From Phoronis australis (lineage: Eukaryota; Animalia; Phoronida), in assembly GCA_002633005.1 (NCBI GenBank), contig NMRA01000677.1:1-64000 (forward strand): a DNA stretch of 64,000 nt. The letters are read 5' to 3'. The first letter of the stretch is position 1. Each line of letters begins with the position of its first letter. This document shows, piece after piece, positions 37,799 through 50,072 of the stretch. The translations under genes and the position numbers were made by a program. Below the pieces are notes generated by a model, which did no database searches, was not told the DNA's origin, and was given only the letters and a program-made list of their open reading frames with translations.

Positions 37799-39383
37799 TT
37801 TAGAGACTGTCCCAAACTGGAGAATTGTCACCGTAATTTAAACTTGACAAACTCTGGCATTGCCCTGAGTATACTGTAGCCTTTATCTCATGCTAAATTT
37901 CCCCGACCATGTCATACTTTTTATGGAAGATAAGCTACTATTTTGTTGCATCTACAAACAGCTGGGAAGTAACGTCAGTTTATTTTCCGGCTTTGTTACT
38001 TTGGAAAAATCTCACGAATTTGGAAAAAATATTTGCTAAAATTGTTTTTTTTTTCACTTTTCAAAGCCTTTGTTATGAATGCACGGTGTTTAAAACATTG
38101 TCCAATGGTAGCTCTGGTAAAAAACTTAAGATTGATAAAGCTTTTATTTTATGCTACGTATCCATAATGAAAAAAATAAAAAATAAAATTTCACTTGTCC
38201 GCATATCGTTCCGAAATTGAGATTTTATCGTACCTTACTCTTCTGGCGCTGGAGTTTGCGGATTCTTGGTGACATCGATCTTTTCCCTTGAAATCTCTTC
38301 TCAATCACTTTTGCAGCACGACTATATTTGTTGCGTAAAGATAATTTTCGGGTAAAGCTGGAGATCACTTTGGTTTTTGCCTGCATTTTCTTTACCCTTT
38401 CCTATGCTCGTAGTTGTGTATGTGCGTTTGAAGTTTGTATATTTAATTTTCTGGCCATCCAAACTTATACCCATGGGCACAGCTAATGTTCATTGAATAA
38501 ACATATGCCTGCCATTGGTGCAATACATCAATAAATCCAATCATCTTTTGATGGAATTGGGGGTTCTGCTAAATTTTTGTTGCCATGGACTTATCATTCC
38601 TTAAAAAAGAACACTTGGATAAATTCTCAAATACTTGTATTTTTAAGCCTGCTCATTGATATTCATCAGTGTCCATTAAAGTCATTCAGACACTTTTCTT
38701 GTTATTTTTTCTTGAAAGACTTGTTAATTCTTGCCTGCAACTGATAGCCCATTTTCATGATAGTCGCTTGCTAATGTTCACTCAGGCAGCCAAAGTATGC
38801 TGGTCTATTTGGCCACATTGCTCCCATTGATAGTAAATTTCCTCACCTTATCTTATCCATGTGTCAGATGTTAGCTGCAAACTTTATGGCCCTAGCCCTG
38901 CTTTAATACCTAATTATGCAATACAAGCCTTTGATCTCTCCACAGCTTGCTCATTTTACTTCCCATGTTAAGTGGAAGGCACATTCCTCATCATCTATAA
39001 TTGTAACTTCCACATTCGTCCAGCTCCATGACCAGATAGCCTTCTAATCTCTTCGAAGTTGGTCAAAAAACTTCCAGTCACCATTGAGAGCACCAGTTTT
39101 ATCTAATCTACACAACAACAGTACAACTAGTGGATTTTAAATAGAGCACGATACCGGATTCTGCCTCAACGAGTTTGTAAAGACAGAGGTGTTATACAGG
39201 CTGTTGTGCTTCAGACTTACACCCAGGAGCCTATTGACTACCAGCCTGGAGTTAACATTTATGTACATTTAATGTAATGTTGAGTTTATGATGATGGTTG
39301 TGGTCTCATAAATCTTACCCAGTGTCTCTGATATAACCATCAAGGGACAGCGTCAGACTGCACATTTGTGAGCAGTTAACGGC

Positions 39384-39447
39384 ATGGAGATGTGTGAATT
39401 TACCCGCTTGCTGGTCTTGATATCATTGTTACTGGTTATTGGACAAG
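39384..39447 (+). CDS. PTK7: PTK7-like candidate first coding exon 1b (signal peptide)
   Basis: Strong Kozak context ggcATGg after an in-frame TGA (39369). Reads MEMCEFTRLLVLISLLLVIGQ-G, then AAG|GTAGGG phase-1 donor, in frame with 41284. Confidence 0.7.
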
Positions 39448-40789
39448 GTAGGGTTATCTGTGTACTAACTGGTATATTCAGTTATCAAGCTGTTCCCTAA
39501 TGCCTCATATTCATAACTATTAAGTTTGCCTGAGGTTCATCTTAAAATTTCAAGCTCCATATTCCCAAGTTATAAGTTTTCATTACCCATTAGATCCAAC
39601 TAAAATCCTTATATTTTGATAAACTACTTGGGGCTTAGGTTTGATAAGGAGAGGATTGATTAATTGAGAATGCCCTTTGTCAGTTTCAAGTGGTGACTTA
39701 CTCCATTGTGCTGTTTACCCAGACTTGACAACTGGTGAACTTGGGGGGAAAGATTCAAGATTATACACAATGACTGTCTGTCTTCTCTTGAGGACTTTTG
39801 CCAGACTTGTCCTTTTCTGTGAATAATTAATTTCTTAGTCTGTTTAGGAGTGTTTTTGATTCAGTTGAATAGTGTGGTTGTCAGTAACTTCGAAGTTGAA
39901 TGTAGGTCAGTGGTGTAAGTCTCATTTGAAAGGGTCTGACAGAGGTCATCTGTCTTGGTGATAGTCCTCTGGGGCCTTTGTGTGTGTGTCACACTACCTG
40001 TGGGGTTGGAACAGATTTGGATCCAAAATGATTGAAGGGTCTCTAAAGACAGTCTTGATGCCTTTGTTGTGTACTACATTGTAAATGACTTTGTCTTATT
40101 AGATCAGAGTGAGTTGGCCTTCTTGATTTGGACGAATCTGACCTTCCTGTTGTGAATTTGGTCAGCTTAGTCATGGATTTTTAGTAACATATAATAAACA
40201 TATTGTTGAATTTTGATTGTTTGCTCCTCCGTGAGCATTGTAACTCAACAGAGCATGTGTCTTGTTACTTGTTAACCTATCAGATGCTGCTTATAGTGGC
40301 ATTTCACCCTGCTGGTTAATAATGAAAATTGAATTAGGCCTTTTACACTCATAAAATCCAGTCTTTTGATATTACTTACTGTGATAGTATTTTATATCCA
40401 TTACCAACAAGAACACGGAAACCATTAGGGACTCCATGAAATGCTTCAGAGTTTATCGGGGTTCCTATCCCTAAAAATTGGTTATTCAAAAATGGTATGT
40501 GTACTGGAGTTGGTAATGGGCGTAGAATCCTGTCATGGTAGGGAATAGTTGGAGACTGATTTTCATCTACTGTTGTACTTTGCTCTAAGCTCATTTGCTT
40601 TGACAGAATTAATTCTGTGGGTTGGAGGAAATGGTGCAGGTAATGAGATTAAATTTGAATAGGTTTGAGCTGCAGTTTTGTATTCAATATTGTGTAATTT
40701 CTGTAAACTGATACACTTTGTGGCCATTAGTGATTATGTGCATGAATAGCTGAAGAAAATGGATATCCATCAATTCCACTTCCGCATCC

Positions 40790-41100
40790 TTCTTACCCTT
40801 CTGTCCCTCATGTCCNTCGCCACCATTTCCCCTTCCTGCCATCCATGCATTCCTCACCTCTCCCTCCTGCCATCCTTTTCTCTCTCCCCAGCCTCTCGAT
40901 CCTTCCTGTTTGTCCCTTCTCCATATCCCTATTTCCCACTAGCAGCAACCCACCCATCATCCACCCAAGCAACCCTCTCACCATCCACCACCCTCCCCCT
41001 CCATCCTTTCCTCTACAGTACTCTTTCTCTTGTGGTTTCCTTTCCCCTCTACCTCCCTCCCCCACCTTCTTCCCTCCATCCTCCCTCTACTGTCTCATTC
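40790..41100. repeat. C/T-rich low-complexity tract
   Basis: About 300 bp dominated by C and T, with an N at 40816. It accounts for the spurious Pro/Ser-rich ORF starts. Confidence 0.85.
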
Positions 41101-41283
41101 CTTTTCTGTGTTGTAGTTGGTCTCAAATTTTACCAAATGTTGCCCTCATGGCCACTTCCAATTTATTGACTCTGTTGTGTCGTTGCCCTTATCACTGGTA
41201 TCATCCACATTTTGTTCTGTTGATTTTTTTATACTTAGTTGTAATTATCATATCTTTTCATCATAGCAACTCTGGTATTTTAG

Positions 41284-41592
41284 GTTCGCTCCTTCCTTCT
41301 TCGGAATCGCAAGACAACTTCTACTTTAGTATCAAGCCTTCCAACACCGATGTTGTGGAAGGTCGTGAAGCCAAACTGCGGTGTAATGTTAACAACAGGA
41401 AACATATTCAATTCAGTTGGACGATGAACGGAGCAGCAGTACGCAATGACTCCCGGCGATTTCAGGAGGACAGTCATCTCAGGATTTTACGTGTCAGTCG
41501 GGACCAGGACGCAGGGTTGTTTGCGTGTATCGCCACGAACGTCACCACAGGGTACCCGATTAAGTCACCAAGTGCCAGGCTGAACATTCAGT
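41284..41592 (+). CDS. PTK7: PTK7/off-track-like receptor, first Ig domain exon
   Basis: tattttag| (G)SLLPSSESQDNFYFSIKPSNTDVVEGREAKLRCNV...FSWTMNGAAVRNDSRRFQEDSHLRILRVSRDQDAGLFACIATNVTTGYPIKSPSARLNIQ-(W)|gtgagt, phase 1-1. Aligns motif by motif with PTK7 Ig1 (FIKQPSSQDALQGRRALLRC...RRFAQGSSL...QDSGTFQCVA..VTG...S.NASFNIKW). Confidence 0.9.
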
Positions 41593-44500
41593 GTGAGTAT
41601 TTTAGCTTTTACAGTGGACTCTGTAGTGTTACTCATTTCAGAAGTGCAATAGTTGAGGGATTGATTGGGTTATTGCCTTTCCAGATTTGGGGTGGCGACA
41701 GAATGGCTCAACCAGGGATTGGAATTTTTCTCTTTTAAGAGGATTTCCTCTTTTGGTTTCCAGATTTGCCTTTGGCTTTATCCGTCTCTTTTTTATCGTT
41801 ATTTTGACTTTATTCATGCTAAAAGGTTTGTCAGTAAAATTTTACAACAAAAAATATTTCTATCCCACAACCTATCGATACATCACTTGGAAATTTCTCC
41901 TCTTTTTGTCACTGGTTATATCAAGTCATGAACAATGTAAACTACAGTGTCCTACTCCTCTATGCTGGGCGAAGGTTCTCACAGGGGTGGGGGGCACTGC
42001 CTTTCCCAGTGTAATTCTAAATCTATGGATGCGGTTGCCCAGTGTAGTTGAGTGTGGTGGAGTTATCTGAATTATGTATGCGCATATTTATGTATGTTTT
42101 TTTGATGTTGTGATTTGGCATAAAATGTTCTTCTGATCTGATGGCTGCTGAATGGTGATTCAACAATCTGGCAATTTACGAATGTGGTATTGACCAGAGT
42201 GCGAATATTGTATTGACAGAGCCATCCCTGGTGTTAAAATTATATGCTTGTAACAAGCAGGCATTTTGTCTACACTAAGCAGGATGCAAGTCTTTTGAAG
42301 GGGGTCAGGCAAACTTTTAAATGCATTCATAGAGGTCTGCATTTATCTGCAGATAATGGAAGGGGTTCTTAAGAGAAGATTGAATACGGCTGTCAAAAAG
42401 TATACTCATTTCAGTACCATCAAAATCAGAATCATGAATAAAACCCCCTTATCAATACCAACATTTTTGAAGTGGATGCATCCATTTCAAAACCTTACCC
42501 TGTATGAGACCCATTTAAGGCTAACATTTGCTGCACATGTGCTCTGGTCCTGCCATAGGAGAACCCGCCCCCCTGGCAGATACCTCTGTCGTCAATAAAT
42601 CCATGTTTTCTGTAGATATCAAAGAATCATTCTGTCGTTTGGAAGTAGATTGCTTTGCCTTGTGTCAATTCTTGCTGATTAGGAGATCCCCAGACACAAC
42701 TTCATAGTTACCATGTTTTGATTGCTGGCTCACTGTTTGCAGAGCTGGTAACCAAACTAGCAGCCTCTAATTAGCTAGGCATCGGGCCTTGTGTAGTCTC
42801 CTCTGCTTATAAAGCCAAATGTCTGAGAATCTGTTAATCTGTGTAATAGTCCATCTGATGCCATAAGGATTCGGCATTCTTTGAATGGCTGCAACGATAA
42901 AATTAAGGGCAAAAGTTTACAAAATTGGTCTCTTGAAAAGTGTGGATCCAAAAATCAATTCATATCAAAGACTTGGTTTTGTTTAATTCAAAGCAATTGC
43001 AAAAACTGTTCAAATGTTCCATTTTTCACTGTGTGGTTAAAGCTCTCATAATCTCTTGATTTTTCTACTTGATGACAGCTGAGTAAAAACGTTTCTCATT
43101 TATGTTGGCCAAGAATTTTCACAAAATAAAAGTTCATTGCTTTATCCTGTTGTGTTTCATCACGCTGGAAGAGGCAGTAAACACAGTTTTACAACCAAAG
43201 TCACTGTTTATATAGCTTTGTTCTTCATAGCTTAGACCAAAGGATGCTGTCTGTTTCGTGTAATCTAAGATAGGGTAGTTTTCTTCAAATTAGAACACAC
43301 CGGGGCAGAACTGTAAAATTGTAAATAAACAAATATTTTCAACAAGAGTAAACAAAAAACCCAGTTTCATTTGATTACTTGAAGCCTAAACTATGTGGTA
43401 GGGACTGCCATCAAGAAACACACGATGAAATACAGTGAGTGTTTGATTAGCACTGTGGACATTTTTCGACCTATAACATTATCACTATTGTGAATACCCA
43501 CATTTTATCAAAACGCTGTCTGATCAGACACATGATGACTGATAAAGCGTTTTCGTTTATTTTGTGCTGCTTCTCTTTTATGAAAAAATAAATGAAAAAT
43601 AAAATTTACTCCTCTGTCATATTGACCTAAATTGGTGAGATTTTATCGCAGAGAAAGATAAACATGCAATGTGTAAAGTCAGCTGTTGTGTACTACCTAC
43701 AAACTAATGGGTCACAAAAAGTCGTCAAGTCATCAATCATCACCTGCAGCTTTACACACCTGGTTTTCAATGTTATGCTGTTTGGAATGGAGGTTGTGCC
43801 CATATATTTATTGACACTTTATTCTTATTTTTATCTTACTTTGGACTTGACCTTTTTTATTCACCGCTCTAGCTCTCCATAAAGCCGTAGATGTTTACCA
43901 GATGTAGTTCTATGACAGCTATACAGTACAAAATGTGCCTTTTTGCTGAGAAACTTATAAACAACAGTCCCACTTGTCTTTTATTCTTTGTTACATTGGC
44001 CAGGTCAAAGGGTTTGCATCTTTTTGTGATTTCGAGCCAATTTGTCGTGCACGAGTCGCAGTGGGAGTCGGCAAAGAAGGGCTCTTTTGCTGGATTTTCA
44101 TGTCTGTTCAAGCACGGCTGCTTACCTTCTGAACAAGATTGCTGGCATTACTGTTAATAACAACAACTCTCTTCAAAGGATAGAAACGGAAACTACAAGC
44201 AATCTAAATGTCATCTAAAACCTGTTTTTTATCATTAACCGTTTCAGTGACCTGGTTTCAGACCACGTCAGTTAAAAGCTTTTTGTGTCAGACCTTAGCA
44301 ACCGCCTCCATCTACTTCGGATTGGAAAAGAATTACTAATTTTCTAATTAAATCGTCATTTTCATGTTGTCTGCACAAAGCATTGGACATCAGATTTCAT
44401 TTGATCACTGCACTGATACGTGAGACCATAGGCTATAGTACATGGGCCACCAACTTCGTATACTTTCAATGGTCGAAATCTGTGCTTTTACAGAGGCAAT

Positions 44501-45699
44501 GATGTCATTATTCACTGGCGACACCTAACCAAATTATTTGGTGTTATTTCCGGCAAGTACGTCGTCTGCTAATCGTGGTCGGCTGTCGTATTGTCACAAT
44601 ACATTATCTGGAAACCGCAACAGATAATTGAGGAGAGTGACGCCTCCTCTAGGATAGCATGCAAGAAAATGTCGGAGTTGCGAATCTGTTGTCTATAATC
44701 TGTGATGAGGTGTAGTGAATGGTTAGTTTCTCAAAATGTTGTCAAGTGACAACTATGGTACAGAACTTGAACATGGAAAACCATCAATTAGGTGTGTTAC
44801 TTATCTTTCGCAGAAAATGGGAGAACTGGAACGTCAATTGTTGGCTTGTTTTGTCCAAAATTGATGGGTTTTTACTGTATGCGGTGGGATATTCAAACTG
44901 TTCACGTAGAAATATCCATCTGAAAATATCTGAATAAAAGTAAATGCGTTTCGTCCCTGTCACCTCGGCCTGAAAATTTATTTCTAAAAAGTAGCGTCCA
45001 ACAAATTGCTAAAAGATGCTTTAGAATTGGCTTTGTTTTGTTTTGAAATTGTTAAAGGTGATAGATAACGAGTTGGATCTGGAAAGCTCGTTGACAAATA
45101 CCAGCCAATTACACGCTTGATTACTTGTTTAGGTTAAGTATGCTTTAAGTTTGCGAATTCCTGCACAGAAAAGACAATTTTTTCCTCAGATTGCTGCGAT
45201 AACACTTAGTAACAGTTAGACTTGTATAGAGTGGCATCGAGATTCAACTTCATCTAACTCCTCTAGGACTTTTGGTTGGGGATGACCCAACCAAAAGATC
45301 ATCTTCATAATGTGCTTTTTAATAGTTTTATCTCAAGAGCTTGTAAACAGCATTTAATTGTCTCCACCTGATGTAATTCACAAACTGATAACCTATGAAT
45401 TAACAAAATATAATTGCCCCTGAAGTTCTGCAATACGTGACCTATTTTTGTGGAGTGCAATCGATTGATATCTGTTCAATATACTTTTTGCCCTTGTCAT
45501 GTCATAATTTCGAGCCATGTGTGTTATACCACAACTTATTACATGTCCAGTTTCAAAAGCAAAGCACGCACAGGTTCAATAACCCTTGTTTTTACACTAC
45601 AGTGGTCTGTCCAGTTCCGTTTGATTGGAGCCTTTTTTGTCTGCATTCATCGATCTTTCTGCCAAAGCTGAAATCAAAGTGGATTAGCAGATTTGTTCA

Positions 45700-48600
45700 G
45701 CTTCAATTGTCTTTGTATTTCTCTTCCTGCCTCAGACAAGAGTAATGTCAAGAGCCCAATCTTTCAATTCAGTCTTACATCATGTGTAGATATAGTCATT
45801 GTATGAGATCTCTTTCACTCCAACACCTGGCTTGTTTTATGTTCACATATATTGTTCACTCCTGTCATGTACATCAAAACCTCTATGCTCACAGTTGACC
45901 TTTGAACTCATTTCTCTTATTGAATGCCTCGCATTAAATATTGGTAGTCAGAGCCGCCCTCCCCCCAATTCTTCCCAAGGAAACTGTGCCTGTGCCTTCT
46001 GAGAGCAGAATATTTAGAGTGAGGGGAAAATTCTACCTCCCGATCACAATCTATAGCACCCCCCTCTTGCAAGCCCTCGTAGGCTCTTCCCCAAGTAGCT
46101 AAAATGTCACATTTTGTGCTCTTTGAAGTTGTCAGCTGTTTAAGTTACAAATTATTTGATCCTCAAGGGGAATTTTTCAATACTTGAGGGGAATTTTTGG
46201 GCATCACGTGGGAAATTGCGTGCGATTTTTTTATATTTTTCAGAGGTAATGGGGCCAATATTCGTCCCCAAAGTTGAGGGATTGAGGTCCTTGTAGTCAC
46301 CATGGTTTTAAGCTGCATATTTTGTTATGCATTATATCCATTGCTTTTGTAAGTGTTTTTATTTATTTCATTTCATTGTCAAAAAACACAAAGTGCATGC
46401 AGAGTGCTACGGAAATATGACACAAGACCGAGCTTTTCATATCCTCGCGAATACTATAAATATCAACTTTATTGAACGAAATATGAACTTACCGCCAAAA
46501 TTCAAATAAAAAATTGAACCAGATCTGAACTTAAGGCCCAAATTCAAATCAAAACGGTGAAAACTCGATCCAAGAGAATACCAGGTAACTTTAAAGTGTA
46601 TCTCATCTCCCCGACACATCCTCACTTGTGCATTCATATAGTGGACATCCAGGGCATTCAGATGGACTCAAATTCAAGCACCCCACTTAAGACTGTATTT
46701 GGATGACTAAGTAGGCAAGTGAAAGCATCCATGTCTCTTAACTTGCTAACTGCACCTTTGGGAGCTTGTTGGTCTGACAACAATAAAAGGTTACTCACCA
46801 TGTTATGTAAAATACGATAAACTGTATTACAGACCCATGTCTCCATAGTCACATACCATACTATAACAACAACTTGACTTGGGGTCATAAAAATGTAGTC
46901 GCGATTCATTAGTCATGCCCCCCTGGAATATTGGGAAACTCATTATGGGGGCCGTATTTTTGAAATCCTGGATGAATACCGACTGCCCTCCCCCTCCCAT
47001 CCAGTAATTATGGTGTGTACCTCCCACTTGCCTTCATTTGCAAGTGTTCTGTGGGCTTAGTTTTTGTTTCAAAACATTTTTCTTTGTGAGGTTGTGCAAG
47101 GTTGGGTTGATTTGTAAACAAGGTTGTGGTTCAGCCATAGTGAACACACCAAGTGTTTACAGATCGTGTCATTTAGCCATAAAACCAAGTTAACAAAACC
47201 CATCTTGGTGAAACCTTAAGTAACTTACTATCTCAGTCCTTTCAGAAAGAACTGGGTTAGAATCTTGAATGTGGTTACTGGTTCTGAGAAACCAGTCAGG
47301 GCTTTAATTGTCGTGTCTCCGTCTCCGTGGTTTATTTTTCCGTAAAGGTTATTTTATTTGAAGCCTGTCGATAAAAATTAGTGCAAGAAGTTACAAGAGT
47401 GATGTTGGATTGGATGCTGAGCTAAGACTAGGAATTACAATTGATATGTGATGATTGTTACTAGTATTAGTTGTTACTATTACTAATGGTACTAGTGCTA
47501 GTTGTTACTAGTGCTAGTTGTTACTAGTGCTAGTTGTTACTAGTGCTAGTTGTTACTAGTGCTAGTTGTTACTAGTGCTAGTTGTTACTAGAGCTAGTNG
47601 CTTCAATTGTCTTTGTATTTCTCTTCCTGCCTCAGACAAAAGTAATGTCAAGAGCCCAATCTTTCAATTCAGTCTTACATCATGTGTAGATATAGTCGTT
47701 GTATGATATCTCTTTCACTTGAACACCTGGCTTGTTTATGTTCACATATATTGTTCACTCCTGTCATGTACATCAAAACCACTATGCTCACAGTTGACCT
47801 TTGAACTCATTTCTCTTATTGAATGCTTTGCATTAAATATGGGTAGTCAGAGTCCCCCCCCCCCATTCTTCCCAAGGGAACTGTGTCTTCTGAGAGCAGA
47901 ATATTTAGGGGTGAGGGGAAAATTCTACCTCCCGATCACCATCTTTAGCACCCCCCCTCCCTCTTGCAAGCCCTCATAGGCTCTGCCTCAAGTAGCTAAA
48001 ATGTCACATTTTGTGCTCTTTCAAATTGTCAGCTGTTTAAGTTACAAATTATTTGATCCTCAAGGGGAATTTTTCAATACTTGAGGGGAATTTTTGGGCA
48101 TCACGTGGGAAATTTCGTGCGATTTTTTGATATTTTTCATAGGTAATGGGGCCAATATTCGTCCGCAAAGTTGAGGGATTGAGATCCTTGTAGTCAGTCA
48201 CCATGGTTTTAAGCTGCATATTTTGTTATGCATTATATCCATTGCTTTTGTTAGTGTTTTTATTTATTTCATTTCATTGTCAAAAAACAAAGTGCATGCA
48301 GAGTGCTACGGAAATATGACACAAGACCGAGCTTTTCATATCCTCGAGAATACTATAAATATCAACTTTATTGAACGAAATGTGAACATAGCGCCAAAAT
48401 TCAAATAAAAAATTGAACCAGATCTGAACTTAAGGCCCAAATTCAAATCAAAATGGTGAAAACTCGATCCAAGAGAATACCAGATAACTTTAAAGTGTAT
48501 CTCATCTCCCCGACACATCCTCACTTGCGCATTCATATAGTGGACATCCAGGGCATCCAGCTGGACTCAAATTCAAGCACCCCACTTAAGACTGTATTTG

Positions 48601-49494
48601 GATGACTAAGTAGGCAAGTGAAAGCATCGATGTCTCTTAACTTGCTAACTGCACCTTTGGGAGCTTGTTGGCCTGATAAGAATAGGTTAGTTACGATGTT
48701 ATGTAAAATATGATAAACTGTATTACAGACCCATGTCTCCATAGTCACATACCATACTATAACAACAACTTGACTTGGGGTCATAAAAATGTAGTCGCGA
48801 TTCATTAGTCATGCCCCCCTGGAATATTGGGAAACTCATTATGGGGGCCGTATTTTTGAAATCCTGGATGAATACCGACTGCCCTCCCCCTCCCATCCAG
48901 TAATTATGGTGTGTACCTCCCACTTGCCTTCATTTGGAAGTGTTCTGTGGGCTTAGTTTTTGTTTCAAAACATTTTTCTTTGTGAGGTTGTGCAAGGTTG
49001 GGTTGATTTGTAAACAAGGTTGTGGTTCAGCCATAGTGAACACACCAAGTGTTTACAGATCGTGTCATTTAGCCATAAAACCAAGTTAACAAAACCCATC
49101 TTGGTGAAACCTTAAGTAACTTACTATCTCAGTCCTTTCAGAAAGAACTGGGTTAGAATCTTGAATGTGGTTACTGGTTCTGAGAAACCAGTCAGGGCTT
49201 TAATTGTCGTGTCTCCGTCTCCGTGGTTTATTTTTCCGTAAAGGTTATTTTATTTGAAGCCTGTCGATAAAAATTAGTGCAAGAAGTTACAAGAGTGATG
49301 TTGGATTGGATGCTGAGCTAAGACTAGGAATTACAATTGATATGTGATGATTGTTACTAGTATTAGTTGTTACTATTACTAATGGTACTAGTGCTAGTTG
49401 TTACTAGTGCTAGTTGTTACTAGTGCTAGTTGTTACTAGTGCTAGTTGTTACTAGTGCTAGTTGTTACTAGTGCTAGTTGTTACTAGAGCTAGT
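45700..49494. repeat. Tandem duplication (45700-47598 / 47600-49494) joined by a single N; likely allelic assembly artefact
   Basis: Both copies begin gcttcaattgtctttgtatttc and end in the ACTAGT minisatellite, with the N at 47599. Scattered SNPs and indels in the 5' part, identical in the 3' part. Confidence 0.9.
47455..47598. repeat. 16-bp minisatellite (actagtgctagttgtt)n
   Basis: Read directly. Duplicated at 49351-49503 and continued at 49994-50072. Confidence 0.92.
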
Positions 49495-50072
49495 GTTACT
49501 AGTCAGGCCTTTATCCAGGATTTTGAAAATAGGGTGTCCAAAATGGGGTTCCCAATATTCCAGGGCGTCCATAATTCCGATGTGTAACCCCCCACCCCCA
49601 GCAATTCCCCTAAACACACAGATTTTTTTACAAAAAAATTGCATAGACCAAGGTTTTTACATCTAAGTTTACAAAACAGCCTTCTGTAGTGAGCATTTTT
49701 AATAAAAAATTTGTGTAGACCAAGACTTTTACAATGCTTTCAACCAAGGGTGAGCATAGCAACACTGTATATACTTTGTATATACATTGTATATTTCTTC
49801 CTGCTTTGAAAAAAGAGCCCCCACTGAACCTTCAGAGGCTTCCTAGTAATCATTACAATGTGTGAGTCCAAACTTGAAAGGTTCCTATTGACAGTGGGCT
49901 CCAAATAATACATTGGGGGTCCTTGCCAGAGCCTCCATATTAGCGCTAGGGCGTCCAAATGGCCGCCCAGGACATACGCTGCATAAAGGCCTGTTACTAG
50001 TACTAGTTGTTACTAGTACTAGGTGTTACTAGTACTAGTTTTACTAGTATTAGTTGTTACTAGTATTAGTTA
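49351..50072. repeat. 16-bp minisatellite interrupted by a hAT MITE
   Basis: actagtRctagttgtt units on both sides of 49504-49993. Confidence 0.88.
49504..49993. mobile_element. hAT-like non-autonomous element (490 bp)
   Basis: TIRs CAGGCCTTTATCCAG and CTGCATAAAGGCCTG (14/15). 8-bp TTACTAGT on both flanks (49496-49503 and 49994-50001). Confidence 0.85.

Noticed and set aside
40845-41738. 297-aa ORF as a single-exon protein
   Set aside because: The N-terminal half is translation of the C/T low-complexity tract and the C-terminus is intron read-through. Only 41284-41592 is a real exon.
47455-50072. CRISPR-like array
   Set aside because: Contiguous 16-bp tandem units with no unique spacers, in a eukaryotic context with no cas genes.
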